From an uncultured Chloroflexia bacterium (GTDB taxonomy: Bacteria; Chloroflexota; Anaerolineae; CG2-30-64-16): a DNA stretch of 64,000 nt. Both the position numbers and the translations under genes were made by a program. The stretch is from contig CAVZDU010000002.1 in NCBI GenBank assembly GCA_963774265.1, positions 608,001 through 672,000 of the forward strand. Direction: 5' to 3'. Below the pieces are notes generated by a model. That model searched no databases and had not been told where the DNA came from. It worked only from the letters and a program-made list of their open reading frames with translations. This document shows, piece after piece, positions 20,001-29,274 of this stretch (positions are counted from its first letter, which is position 1; every line of letters begins with the position of its first letter).

Positions 20001-20370
20001 CCGCCTGTTCACCGAAGGCGATCCCGGGGGCGTGCTCTACGTCGTGGTCAGCGGCCGTGTCGGCATCGAGCAGGAGAAACGCAAGGGTTCTTTTGCGCGG
20101 CTCGCCACGGTCGAGGCTCACTCCTACCTGGGCGAAACCGACTTCTTCGACAACGATTGCCGCACCCACTCGGCCATCGCCATCCAGGACACTCTGACGC
20201 TGCGGTTGCGCCGCGAGCCGTTGATTGCGCTGGCCCGCCAGCATCCCGACCTGTCGCTGGAGCTGATCAACGTGCTCAGCGCCCGGTTGCGGGAAGCCAA
20301 CGAACGCATCGCGGATCTGACACGGACCCATCCCCGGGAGCTGCACAAGCTCTTCGATCAGTTCAGATGA
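17038..20370 (+). CDS. NTT/TLC (ADP/ATP carrier)-like MFS domain fused to HEAT repeats and a cNMP-binding domain
   Basis: NVRSGEWRR N-terminus, GVQYLPW, YDIRVAKRI; repeated LAD...VR..A HEAT units; RANAAEALE; C-terminal cNMP domain; ATGA overlap with the upstream gene. Confidence 0.85.
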   Translation: MRAAGFLGKLFNVRSGEWRRLLLLYCMTLAVVTGLTWADAIVQAAFLQRVGVQYLPWVFISSAACSLGAMFVYSAFADRVSNTRLLIALLAIGGAGILLGLAALASGLVGLGYLLLFLVLQVPLLDVYNIHWATYVNGFYDIRVAKRIVPVLSTASRLAGIVGGLSMPLMNRLLSPTGILLVAIASLAVMALLVAVMPRLLHEQRSKPGPWAGSPAMPQAAPSPSYGARLREGYQQIARSPFLRWMALSTLVMTVLMTLLNYGASAIFQEELKTTVAIADFLGVLGGMANLVVLPFQLFLLSRLIARLGLGNANLVFPLATLASAGSLAVAPGLGTAALAYLDRTALRSAFRNPTDNLLYNAVPSRVKARTRAFVGGLVVPIGAIVGGLLLLTGLMRTSWFLPAAMLVLGLAFALAALMVRRHYGPALVDLLEQEDYSSLALQAPSLQEPTALAAADPPTLARLAQKLSESTSPERATFMAQLIIAVGGDAAVPIVGQAARAATDSRLRTSLVDVLVAADVRRGGARELYTELLADRDGQVRLSAIGGLEQIDGPRDGRYLVVAARLLADSEIDVRLRVLPALLAADDPGMRTAGSGELRALLNASDPRIRARALRVVGQARASGYLPEVVHSLADGADEVRLAAALAVEMLVDDELPAPSREALLASVLDLLHDPIERARMAAIMILGRLSKDGEPHAAAVHERLVGGLADPSPEVRERAIEVLANAGRRAVPQVHEQLNSADPRLRQMAAVVLARIDPRRYAPLVRGPILDGNLLIIYRNLSCSHALAGCPGPVVAVLGRALRERNATLLDEVFYLLATIQDPAAVRTIAHSLRSPQPVVRANAAEALESLTAPQTAALVGPLFEPDLPPEPLLSLARQTWDISIPTPAAAMRLLLSEASDAWQRSLALAALVELSASVDPGSGGEIAELLSLAQADTKGAQNDTALSAVEKVILLKEAPFFQGMTVEQLRVLANVCEEEFFPAEARLFTEGDPGGVLYVVVSGRVGIEQEKRKGSFARLATVEAHSYLGETDFFDNDCRTHSAIAIQDTLTLRLRREPLIALARQHPDLSLELINVLSARLREANERIADLTRTHPRELHKLFDQFR
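19882..20370 (+). repeat. About 490-bp direct repeat, copy 2 (cNMP domain)
   Basis: Near-identical to 13981-14469. Confidence 0.9.
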
Positions 20371-20481
20371 GGGCGATCTTCAAATTTGCGTTGCAGGCGA
20401 GATCGACTAGAATACTTGCAGGTGTGGCCTTCGTGGCAATCGCGAGTCGCCAATACACCTCAGAAATTCCAGGCGGTCACC

Positions 20482-22818
20482 ATGACACGCAGTTTGCTGC
20501 CCACGAGCAACGCCCGCGACGGCTCGCGTCCCCGCCCACCGCGTTACTGGCCGGATCCCTATCTGTTGGTTTGCCTCGTCCTCGGGCTGATCCTGTTTTC
20601 GCCATTGGCCGCGAAGGGAATCCCCCAGGCGCCGGATGCAGCGCTCCACTACTACCGCACCGCGATCTGGCGTTGGGCCTGGGATGACGGTGTGCTTTGG
20701 CCGCGCTGGAGCACCCTCCTCTTCCAGGGCTACGGTTACCCCGCGCTCAACTTCACCCCGCCGCTGCCGTACGTCCTCGCTGCATTGGCCAGCACCATCC
20801 TGCCCGGCGTGCTTGCCGGTTTCAAGCTCGTCCTGCTGGCTGCCTGTTTGAGCTATCCGGCCGGCATGTACCTGTGGGCCCGCGAAGCCCTGAGCAGTGC
20901 GCCGGCAGCGTTGGTCGCCGCGGCCGCCTACAGTTTCGCCACCATCCGCTTTCGCGAGCTGTACTTTGTCGGCGGCACGACGCAGTTCCTGGCCTGGAGC
21001 CTCTACCCGTGGGCGCTGGTTGCATTTCTCCGGCTGGCGAAACGGCCGAGCCGTCGTGTCTTCGTGCTGGCGGTGTGCTCGCTCGCGGGCATCGTCCTGA
21101 CGCACAACATCAGCACCCTGTTGTTCGCGCCGGTCCTGGCCATCTACTTGCTCTATCTGATGATCGCACACCGGCGGCAGCGCTCATGGCCGTGGCTCGT
21201 GGCTGCAGGCGCAGGCGCGGTGCTCAGCGCAGCGATATTTTGGCTGCCCGCGGTTGCAGACATGGCCATCGCCCGCACTCAAGTCCTGACCCAGGGCAAC
21301 TGGGACGTGCGTGTGCATTTCATCCGTCTGCATGACTTCTTCGCCGCGGTGACGCCGCTGGATGATCGCGCGGTGATTCCTGCTTTGCCCTTCAACTACG
21401 GCGCATTGCATCTCCTCCTCGCAGGCGCAGGCGCCTTGACGGCCGTCCTGCCCGGACTACGTCCGGGACGCCGCGGCCACCTGCTGCTCGCCCTTGGGCT
21501 GGTCCTCGTCGCCTCTTTCATGATGCTCCCCGAGTCGTACCCCATCTGGCGCAGCGTGTCCGTGCTGAGGTACGCGGAGTACCCCTGGCGGCTGTTCGGC
21601 GTGGCGCTGCTCGGGATGGCCTTGTTGGCCGGCGCGGCGGTCGATTGGCTGGCTCGCTGGCCGCGCGGCCAGCTCGCCGCCGCAAGCATCCTGGTCTTTG
21701 GGCTGGTCCTCAGCCTCTTTGTTTACCAGTTCCCGCGGCCCTTCCTCCAGTTTGAAGAATCGCCGTCTGCCTTCCTGCGCTATGAGACCAGCTTCCGCGC
21801 GATGGGCACGACGGGCGGCAATGAGTTTCTCCCGCCCTGGGTGGCTGAGCTCCCATCAGAGCCCGCGCTCACCGCGGGGTTGGACCGCCGTGCACTGGCC
21901 TCCGATCAGCCCGGCGTCTCGGCCCGGGTCGTGAGTTACAACCAGGCCGCGCTCACCCTCGATATCACGGCCGATGCGGCGGGCGCCATCCGGGTCGCCC
22001 AGTTCTATTTCCCGGGCTGGCGCGGCCGGCTCGATGGCGACCCCGTGTCCCTCCGGCCGAGCCAGGCCACCGGCATGATCGAGCTCGACGTGCCCGCGGG
22101 ACAACACCGGCTCGAGTTGCGCTTCGGTAACACGCCATTGCGCGCACTGGCCGCATCTCTCACCGCGCTGGGCTTTCTCGGCACGATCGCGGCCGCGGCC
22201 CTGATGAAGCGACCGGGCAAGAGTGCGCCGGCCGAGCGAGGGGGCCTGCGATCCGCCCTGGTCTACACCGGCCTTCTGCTGGTGCTGCTGCTTCTCAAGG
22301 TGGCCTGGATCGGGCCGCAGACAACCTGGTTCCGGCTCGCATCGCCGCCCGGCAAAGCCCTGCCCGCCTCACACCAGGTGCAGGCGCCCGTGGGCCGTGA
22401 TGTGATGTTGATCGGCTACGACCTGGCGCCCTCCACCGTCGCGCCCGGCTCCGAAGTTGAGGTCACGCTCTACTGGCAGGCCACTGCCCCGCTCGGCAAG
22501 GATCTCTCTTCATTTGTGCACCTGGCCGCCGGACCGGAGGCCGCGGTCTTCGCACAGTCCGATCGCCGCCATCCCGGGGATGTGCCGTCGACCACCTGGC
22601 CCATCGATCATTACCTCATCGACGCACACCGCATCCGTGTGCACGCGAACATGCCACAAGACGCTTACAAAGTGATCGTGGGCTTGTACGACCCTGTCAC
22701 CAACGAACGCTGGGGAGAGACCACCCTGGACCTGGCGGTGCACGTGGCGGTTGGCGGCCAGCCGGGGCACAAAAAAGGACCAGGTCTCACATGGAAACCT
22801 GGTCCTGTCGCTGGTTAG
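20482..22818 (+). CDS. GT-C-like membrane protein (6-pyruvoyl-tetrahydropterin synthase-related/YfhO-like)
   Basis: WPRW...GYGYPALNF, LTHNIS, YPWRL, FYFPGW; C-terminal VTLYWQA/SFVHL domain. Confidence 0.75.
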   Translation: MTRSLLPTSNARDGSRPRPPRYWPDPYLLVCLVLGLILFSPLAAKGIPQAPDAALHYYRTAIWRWAWDDGVLWPRWSTLLFQGYGYPALNFTPPLPYVLAALASTILPGVLAGFKLVLLAACLSYPAGMYLWAREALSSAPAALVAAAAYSFATIRFRELYFVGGTTQFLAWSLYPWALVAFLRLAKRPSRRVFVLAVCSLAGIVLTHNISTLLFAPVLAIYLLYLMIAHRRQRSWPWLVAAGAGAVLSAAIFWLPAVADMAIARTQVLTQGNWDVRVHFIRLHDFFAAVTPLDDRAVIPALPFNYGALHLLLAGAGALTAVLPGLRPGRRGHLLLALGLVLVASFMMLPESYPIWRSVSVLRYAEYPWRLFGVALLGMALLAGAAVDWLARWPRGQLAAASILVFGLVLSLFVYQFPRPFLQFEESPSAFLRYETSFRAMGTTGGNEFLPPWVAELPSEPALTAGLDRRALASDQPGVSARVVSYNQAALTLDITADAAGAIRVAQFYFPGWRGRLDGDPVSLRPSQATGMIELDVPAGQHRLELRFGNTPLRALAASLTALGFLGTIAAAALMKRPGKSAPAERGGLRSALVYTGLLLVLLLLKVAWIGPQTTWFRLASPPGKALPASHQVQAPVGRDVMLIGYDLAPSTVAPGSEVEVTLYWQATAPLGKDLSSFVHLAAGPEAAVFAQSDRRHPGDVPSTTWPIDHYLIDAHRIRVHANMPQDAYKVIVGLYDPVTNERWGETTLDLAVHVAVGGQPGHKKGPGLTWKPGPVAG
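22771..22806 (-). terminator. Intrinsic terminator of the zinc-ribbon gene
   Basis: Minus strand AGGACCAGGT-TTCCATGTGAG-ACCTGGTCCT then TTTTT. Confidence 0.75.
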
Positions 22819-22839
22819 GCTATGGGGCGCTGACTATTT

Positions 22840-23202
22840 CTAGTAGCGTCCACCGCCCGATCGGGAACCGCTGGAGCGGCCGCCGTAGCTGCTGCCGCTG
22901 CTGCCCTGCTGGGTGCGGAAGCAGTCGGAGCAATAAACCGGCCGGTCGCCACGAGGTTGGAACGGCACTTCGGTCTGCTTGCCACATTGGGCGCAAACCG
23001 CCGGGTACATCTGGCGTTCGCTGCCGTAGCTGCTGCCGCCACCGTAGCTGCTGCCGCTGTTGCGCGCAGCCTTGCGGGCGGCGCGGCAGTCGGGGCAGCG
23101 ACTGGGAGTGGAGAAACCCTTGGTTTGGAAGAATTCCTGTTCGCTCTCGGTGAAAGTGAACTGCTGTCCGCAGTCCGTGCAAGTGAGTGTTTGGTCTGAC
23201 AT
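22840..23202 (-). CDS. Zinc-ribbon protein (CxxC-x17-CxxC domain) with Gly/Ser-rich linkers
   Basis: DQTLTCTDCGQQFTFT...PSRCPDCR and AVCAQCG...VPFQP...PVYCSDCF; RBS AGGAG. Confidence 0.88.
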   Translation of the reverse strand: MSDQTLTCTDCGQQFTFTESEQEFFQTKGFSTPSRCPDCRAARKAARNSGSSYGGGSSYGSERQMYPAVCAQCGKQTEVPFQPRGDRPVYCSDCFRTQQGSSGSSYGGRSSGSRSGGGRY

Positions 23203-23378
23203 GTTAGTCTCGCTAACTCCTGTTGGTGATATATTCATGGAGATATCCAGCAGTGCAAGAGGAGCGAGGCGTTTATTCTGAAGGAGCAACTAGGCCTGAC
23301 CGGTTCCGGACCACTGATTTCTATGAATTAACTAGATAATATCACAGCCCCGACGAAAATGCAAATCCAGGACAAACG

Positions 23379-24853
23379 TCAGCGTCGCGTGCCGTGGCAG
23401 TGCTTGAACTTCCTCCCACTCCCGCAGGGACAGGCATCGTTGCGGCTTGCCGCGGCAAATGCCGCCTCCAGCCTGGCATCTTCCCTCGCCAGCACCTGGG
23501 TGATCTCCGCGGGCGAACGGCCAGCGCTGTACAATTGAGCCATGACCCGCATCGGCCGGTCGATATGGGTGAAAAAGGCCTTATAACCCGCACACAGATA
23601 ATTCAGCCCTGGCTCGCCGTCCGGCGTCTCGATAAAACGGTTCTTGGGGCATTCGCCATGACACGCGAAGCGCACCTGGCATTCGCGGCAGGTGGCTGGC
23701 AGGGTGTCCCGCTTCGCTGCACCGAACCCGCGCTGCCGGTCCGAGGCGACCAGCTCGACTAGGTGGCGTTCCTGGATATTGCCAAGTAGATAATTCGGCT
23801 CCACGAAATGATCGCAGGGATAGACATCGCCGTTGTGCTCGACCGCCAGGGCATCGCCGCACGTCTCGCTGAAGATGCACAGCGACGCGGGTCCCCCCAG
23901 CCACGATGCCAGGCTGGCCTCGAACAGGGGCAGATACATGTTGCCCACGTCGCGGCGCACCCACTCGTTGAAGATGGCGATCAGGAAGCGCCCCCACTGC
24001 TCCGCCGTGACCGAGCGCTCGGTGACGGTGCGCCCCTCCTGCAGGAGCGTGCGGCCGTCCGAGTTGACGCGCTCGACGATGGGGATGAACTGCACCCACT
24101 GGACGCCCAACTCGTCGCGCATGAAGCGGTAGACGTCCAGCGGGTGATCGGCATTGGCGGCATGGACCGTCGTGAGGATGTTGAAGTCGACCCCGTGCTT
24201 CTGGAGCAGCCGGGCCGCGGCCAGCACCCGGTCGAAGGTAGGTCCGCCTCCTTGTCCACGCGATACGCGTCGTGCAGCGGCCGCGGCCCGTCGATGCTCA
24301 GTCCCACCAGGAAGTTGTGCTCGCGGAAGAACGCGCACCAGTCGTCGTTCAGCAGTGTGCCGTTGGTCTGGATGGTGTGCTCGATCTGCATGCCCGGCCG
24401 CGCGTATTGGGCAGCGTAGCCCGCCGCGCGCCGGTAGAAATCGAGCCCCATGAGGGTGGGCTCGCCGCCCTGCCATGCGATGGTCGCCTGGTCGGTGCGC
24501 TGCGCCTCGAGATACTGGCGGATATAGGTCTGGAGCAGCTCGTCGCTCATGCGGAAACGGCTGCCGGGATAGAATGCCTCCTTGGCCAGGGAGAAGCAGT
24601 ACTTGCAGGCGAGATTGCAGGCGGACCCCGTGGGTTTGGTCAACACGTGGAAGTAGGGGGGCGCGTCCTGTAGGGGCAGGGCTTGCCCCTGCCCCGTCGC
24701 CTCCTCATAATCTGCCGCATGTGCCGGTGATCGCACCTGTGGTAGTGGCAGGGCTTGCCCCTGCCACGTTTCTCCTGGGCGCGAGCCAACTACCGGGCGG
24801 GGGCAAGCCCCGCCCTTACCCTTATGCGGACCGTTTGCGGCCGGTGCGGTCAT
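23379..24853 (-). CDS. Anaerobic sulfatase maturase (radical SAM, SPASM, SEC-C), frameshift near 24250
   Basis: CNLACKYC, WQGGEPTL, YPCDHF, CHGECPKNR, RNDACPCGSGRKFKHCHG. Confidence 0.9.
24670..24819. repeat. Cluster of three GTAG-type REP palindromes
   Basis: GTAGGGGCAGGGCTTGCCCCTGCCC (24670), GTAGTGGCAGGGCTTGCCCCTGCCA (24742) and an inverted copy GGGCGGGGGCAAGCCCCGCCCTTAC (24795). Confidence 0.8.
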
Positions 24854-24875
24854 CGGTCTGCTCCTGCGCCGTCCC

Positions 24876-27328
24876 TTACTGGTTCGCCATCAGGCGGTTG
24901 TAGATGTTCTCCGGCGGCTCGTAGTACGCCACTGCGTCCTTGCCGATGTCGACGGTCACCGAGTAGATCTTGCCGTTGAAGTCGTTGTCGCGCACCGGGT
25001 AGTCTTCGGTGACCGGCGTGGCCGGGTCGCGCCCGACGTCCAGCGTCTCGTCGAATGAGAACGTGAAGGGAACCGTCTTGTCGATGCGGCCCTCGCCCAC
25101 CTTCTTGTTGCCCACGTACAGGGCGCCCGTGCCGCCCGCACCCGTCTTTGCACCGCCCTCGTAGGTGAACTTGTACTGCACGGTCACCCGGCCGGCGGGC
25201 AGCGGCTCGGACGCGACGACCGGGTATTCGGCGATCCCCACGTAGTTGTGGCAGTACTTGAGCACGCCGTCCTTGACGTACAGCGACCAGCCGCCGAAGC
25301 GGCCGCCCTGCGCGATGATCACGCCGTTGGCGCCTTCTGCCGGCACCTCGAGGTCGGCAGTGATCGTGTGCGATTTGTTCTTGACGTTAGGGACGGTGTT
25401 CTCCATCAGTTGGCCCATGCCGGTGTAGAACGTCATCGAGGTGCGCCCGCCCAGCAGGTCCGGCCGCCCGGCAATCTCGGGATTGGTAAGCTCGGTGCGG
25501 CGGTCGTCCAGCGGGAAGACGTTGTACTTGGCGGCCTCGATCAGGAACAGATCCTTCAACTCCGCCAGCTTCTCGGGGTACTTGGCCGCCACGTTCACGG
25601 CCTGGCTCCAGTCGGTGCTGCCGTCGTACAGCTCCCAGACGATCGTCAGCCCACGTGCGTGTATCTCTCGCGAACGAGCTGTGGTGCTGCACCACCGCGC
25701 TCCAGCCCTGGTGGTAGATGCCCCGGTTGCCGAACATCTCGAAGTACTGCGTGACGTGGCGGTCGGGCGCCTTGGCGTCGTCGAAGGTGTAGGCCATGCT
25801 GACGCCCTCGATCGGCTTCTGGGTCACGCCGTGCACCATCACCGGCTCGGGCAGCCCGGCACACTCGAGGATGGTGGGCGCGATGTCGATCACGTGGTGG
25901 AACTGGCTGCGCACCTGGCCCTTGGCCTTGATGCCCTTGGGCCAACGCACGGCCATGCCGTTGCGCGTGCCGCCCCAGTGCGAGGCGATCTGTTTCGTCC
26001 ACTGGTAAGGGCAGTTCATGGCATGCGCCCAGCCCGCCGGATAGTGGTTGTAGGACTTGACGGTGCCCAGGTCGTCCAGGTGGGCCAATGTGTTCTCGAC
26101 CGTATCCGGCACATAGTTGATCGTGAGCATTTCGTTGTACGTGCCCGTTCGCAGACCCTCGGCGCTGGCGCCGTTGTCGCCGGCGATGAACATGACGAGG
26201 GTGTTGTCCAGCACGTCCATCGCCTCGCAGCACGTCCAGGAACCGCCCGGCGTAGTCGTCGGTGTGCTCGGCGAAGCCGGCATAGATTTCCATCAGGCGG
26301 GTGGCCAGGCGCTTCTCGTCGGCGGTCAGCTCCGTCCAGTCCTGGATCCCATCCGAACGGGGCGTCAGTTGCGCGTCTTGCGGCACGATACCCAGCTTCT
26401 TCTGGTTGGCCAGGGTCGGTCTCGCGCACCGCATCCCAGCCCTGGTCGAACTTGCCGGCGTACTGGTCGCTGATACTCCTTGCGGCACGTGATGCGGGGC
26501 ATGGGTGGCGCCGAACGAGAGATAGACGAAGAAGGGCTTGTCAGGCGTCAGCGCCTGCTGCGCCTGCACCCAGGCGATGGCGTGGTTCACCAGGTCAGGC
26601 GTCAGGTGGTAGTCCGGGTCTTCCGGCGGCTCGACCGGGGTGGTGCCGTCGAAGAGGGTCGGCGCCCACTGGTTGGTCTCCGCGCCGACGAAGCCGTAGA
26701 ACTTCTCGAAGCCCTCACCGGTCGGCCAGTGGTCGAACGGACCGGACGGACTGACCTCCCAGACGGGCGTCTGATGCATCTTGCCGAAGGCCGCCGTGTT
26801 GTAGCCGTTCAGCCGCAGCGTCTCGGCGATAGGGGCCGCACTGTTGGGGCGCACCGAGTTGTAGCCGGGCGCGGTGGTGGCCGTCTCGGTGATGCTGCCC
26901 ATGCCGACCGAGTGATGGTTGCGGCCGGTCAGCATCGCCTGGCGCGTCGGGGAGCAGAGCGCGGTGGTGTGAAAGCGATTATACGTCAGGCCCTCGGTCA
27001 CCACGCGTTCCAGCGTGGGCATGTTGATTGGGCCGCCGAAGGCGCTCGGGGCGCCAAAGCCCATGTCGTCGATCAGGATGATGACTACGTTCGGCGCGCC
27101 CTCCGGTGGGCGCAGTGGCTTCGCCGGTTGGGGCGCCAAATCCTTGCCGTACAATGCTGAGGGGTACGGCTGCTGTATGTCGGGCATGGGCAGGATTTCC
27201 CGCCCGCCCGGCTTTTTGGGCGCCTCGCCGGGTGCTGCCTGTGCCGGCTGCCCCACGCTACCTCCCGTCGCAAGCGCTGCGGTGGCAGCCGCCCACCCCT
27301 TCACAAAGTTCCGACGCGACAATTTCAT
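24876..27328 (-). CDS. Tat-exported Cys-type arylsulfatase with several frameshifts
   Basis: SRRNFVK twin-arginine signal, LIDDMG, ALCSPTRQAMLTGR, GKMH, GDNG; C-terminal AQGGRFGG domain in later frames. Confidence 0.9.
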
Positions 27329-27741
27329 GTTGTGCCTCCTGTTTGCTTTGTTTGAATCCCGGGCGGGCTGGTCGCTCTGCCAGACCTGCCCCTGCTATTG
27401 CGTTGCTCCTCCGTGGGTAGGACAGGTCAGCAACCCAGGCCATGTCGTCGATGGCCGCGGGGGTGCGCGGCGGTGGGAGGTGCTACTGTCGGGCCTGCCG
27501 TGGTGGTGGCGCCCCTGTCGGCTCTGGAGGAGGTGAGACCGGTGTAAACAAGCTGGGCGGGAATTGCAGGTGGCGTTCGGCCAGCCGGGCCACTGCCCCG
27601 TCGGCGAGGACCTTGGCCAGTGCCCGGTTCAGGTGCGGCGTAGGCGTAGATGCCAGGCATGGATACTCCCCTGCGTTGGAGAAGACCGTCAGGGTGAAGT
27701 ATATCACACGAGATGCATCGCCGCTACCGCCGCTCGGTAAC

Positions 27742-29183
27742 GGTAGTGTATCCCGATCGGTTGAAATTCGTCTGAGGGTGGAAACCTGGTAAGGTCAGGT
27801 TACAACATCAATACCACGCCAGGAGACCACCCCGATGCGCAGCGTACTCCCGGAATGCCGGCAAGTCAACGGCCATGCTTTGATCGAAGGGGCCATTGCA
27901 GAGGCTCATCACCACCTGCTCAACCAAATCGGGCACGGAATCGGCGAGCGTTTGTACGCCGCGGCCGAATACGTCTTGGGCCGGGCGCCCTACGTGCGGC
28001 GGGGCCACGTGGCCAGCAGTCTGGAACAGACCCGTGCGTGCCCCAAGTGCCACACCGTGCAGAGCCAGCAGTTCAGTCGCAACGGCAGCCGGCCGCGCCA
28101 TTTGCTGACCCGCTGGGGCGAAGTGCCGCTGCGCTGGCCCCGCTTCGTCTGTGAGTGCGGCGGCAGCATCACCCTCGATCTGGATGATTGGCTGGCGCCC
28201 TACCAGCGCATTGGCAGCGATGTCGACGCTCAAATTCAACGCTGGGGCGCCCTGAGTATCAGCCTGCGCGAGATGCAGGGCGAACTGGCGCATAGCTATA
28301 TGGGCGTGTTGGGCCAACGCACCCTGCTCCAGCGCTTACACCAACTCCAGCAGCTCACCCCGGGCGCCGATGAGCGGCCCACGCCGCCGATCGTGCAGTT
28401 CGATGCCATCTGGTTCACGCAACTGTGTGCGACCGGGCAGTGGCGCACCGACCGCAAGGGCCGCAAGCGCGCCGTCAAGGGCCGCCGGAAGCGCTGCCTC
28501 CTGATTGCGTTAGGCGTCTGGCCGGAAACCGGCCGCCAGGAGGATCTTGGCCTGGCGGCTGGCCGACAGCGAGGATGCCGAAAGCTGGCTCGCCTTTCTC
28601 AGTGAACTGGAAGCCCAAGGCTTCCGCGGCGAACTGGGCCTGGAATTGATCATTCATGATGGCGGCAGTGGTCTATGCGCCGCACTCACCACCATCCACT
28701 TTGACGCCATCGAGCAACGCTGCCTCTTCCATAAGCTCCGCAACATCTGGCAAGCCATTCGCATCGCCGACGATTTGCCCGCAGCTGAACGGCGCCGCCA
28801 GCGCCGGGCGATCTACCGCGATTTCGTCGCCATCTTTCAGGCCAAACAGCGTGCCACCGTCTTGCGCCGCGCCCTCAAGGTGCTGCAGAAATATCGCAAC
28901 ACCCAACCCGATGCTGTGGCCACGCTCCGGCGCAACTTCCGCGCCACCGTGGCTTACTTCCTCCTGCAAGAACGCCATCCCACCTGGCGCCGCAGCTTTC
29001 TCCGCACAACCAGCCGGCTCGAACGCTTCAATCGCTGCCTGCGCCGCCGCATTCGGAGCGCCAACGCCTACCATTCCGATGCTGGCGTCTTGGCCATGAT
29101 CGCACAGGAGGTGGATCGCAAGTTCATCCTACCTGCCATGCGCAAGTTCAACACACACTTCCAACCGAAAGCGATACACTAAC
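27742..29183 (+). mobile_element. IS256-family insertion sequence
   Basis: Imperfect terminal IRs (GGTAGTGTATCCCGATCGGTTG / CAACCGAAAGCGATACACTAAC); 8-bp TSD TCGGTAAC at 27734-27741 and 29184-29191. Confidence 0.88.
27835..29182 (+). CDS. IS256/Mutator-like DDE transposase (extra base near 28543)
   Basis: QFDA, IIHDG, QRCLFHK, RTTSRLERFN. Confidence 0.85.
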
Positions 29184-29274
29184 TCGGTAACATCCAGGAA
29201 TTCCAATGCTCCCGGCCGGTTAAAGTAAGGGGATTTCCAAAAGATGCGACCAGGCAGGGATCAGATGTAGCGGT

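Noticed and set aside
27375-27440. Partial GTAG-type REP (GTAGGACAGGTCAGCAACC); also the hairpin GCGAAGGC-G-GCCTTCGC-ACTCCA at 55536-55560
   Set aside because: Single, incomplete copies; cannot be supported as repeats from this window alone
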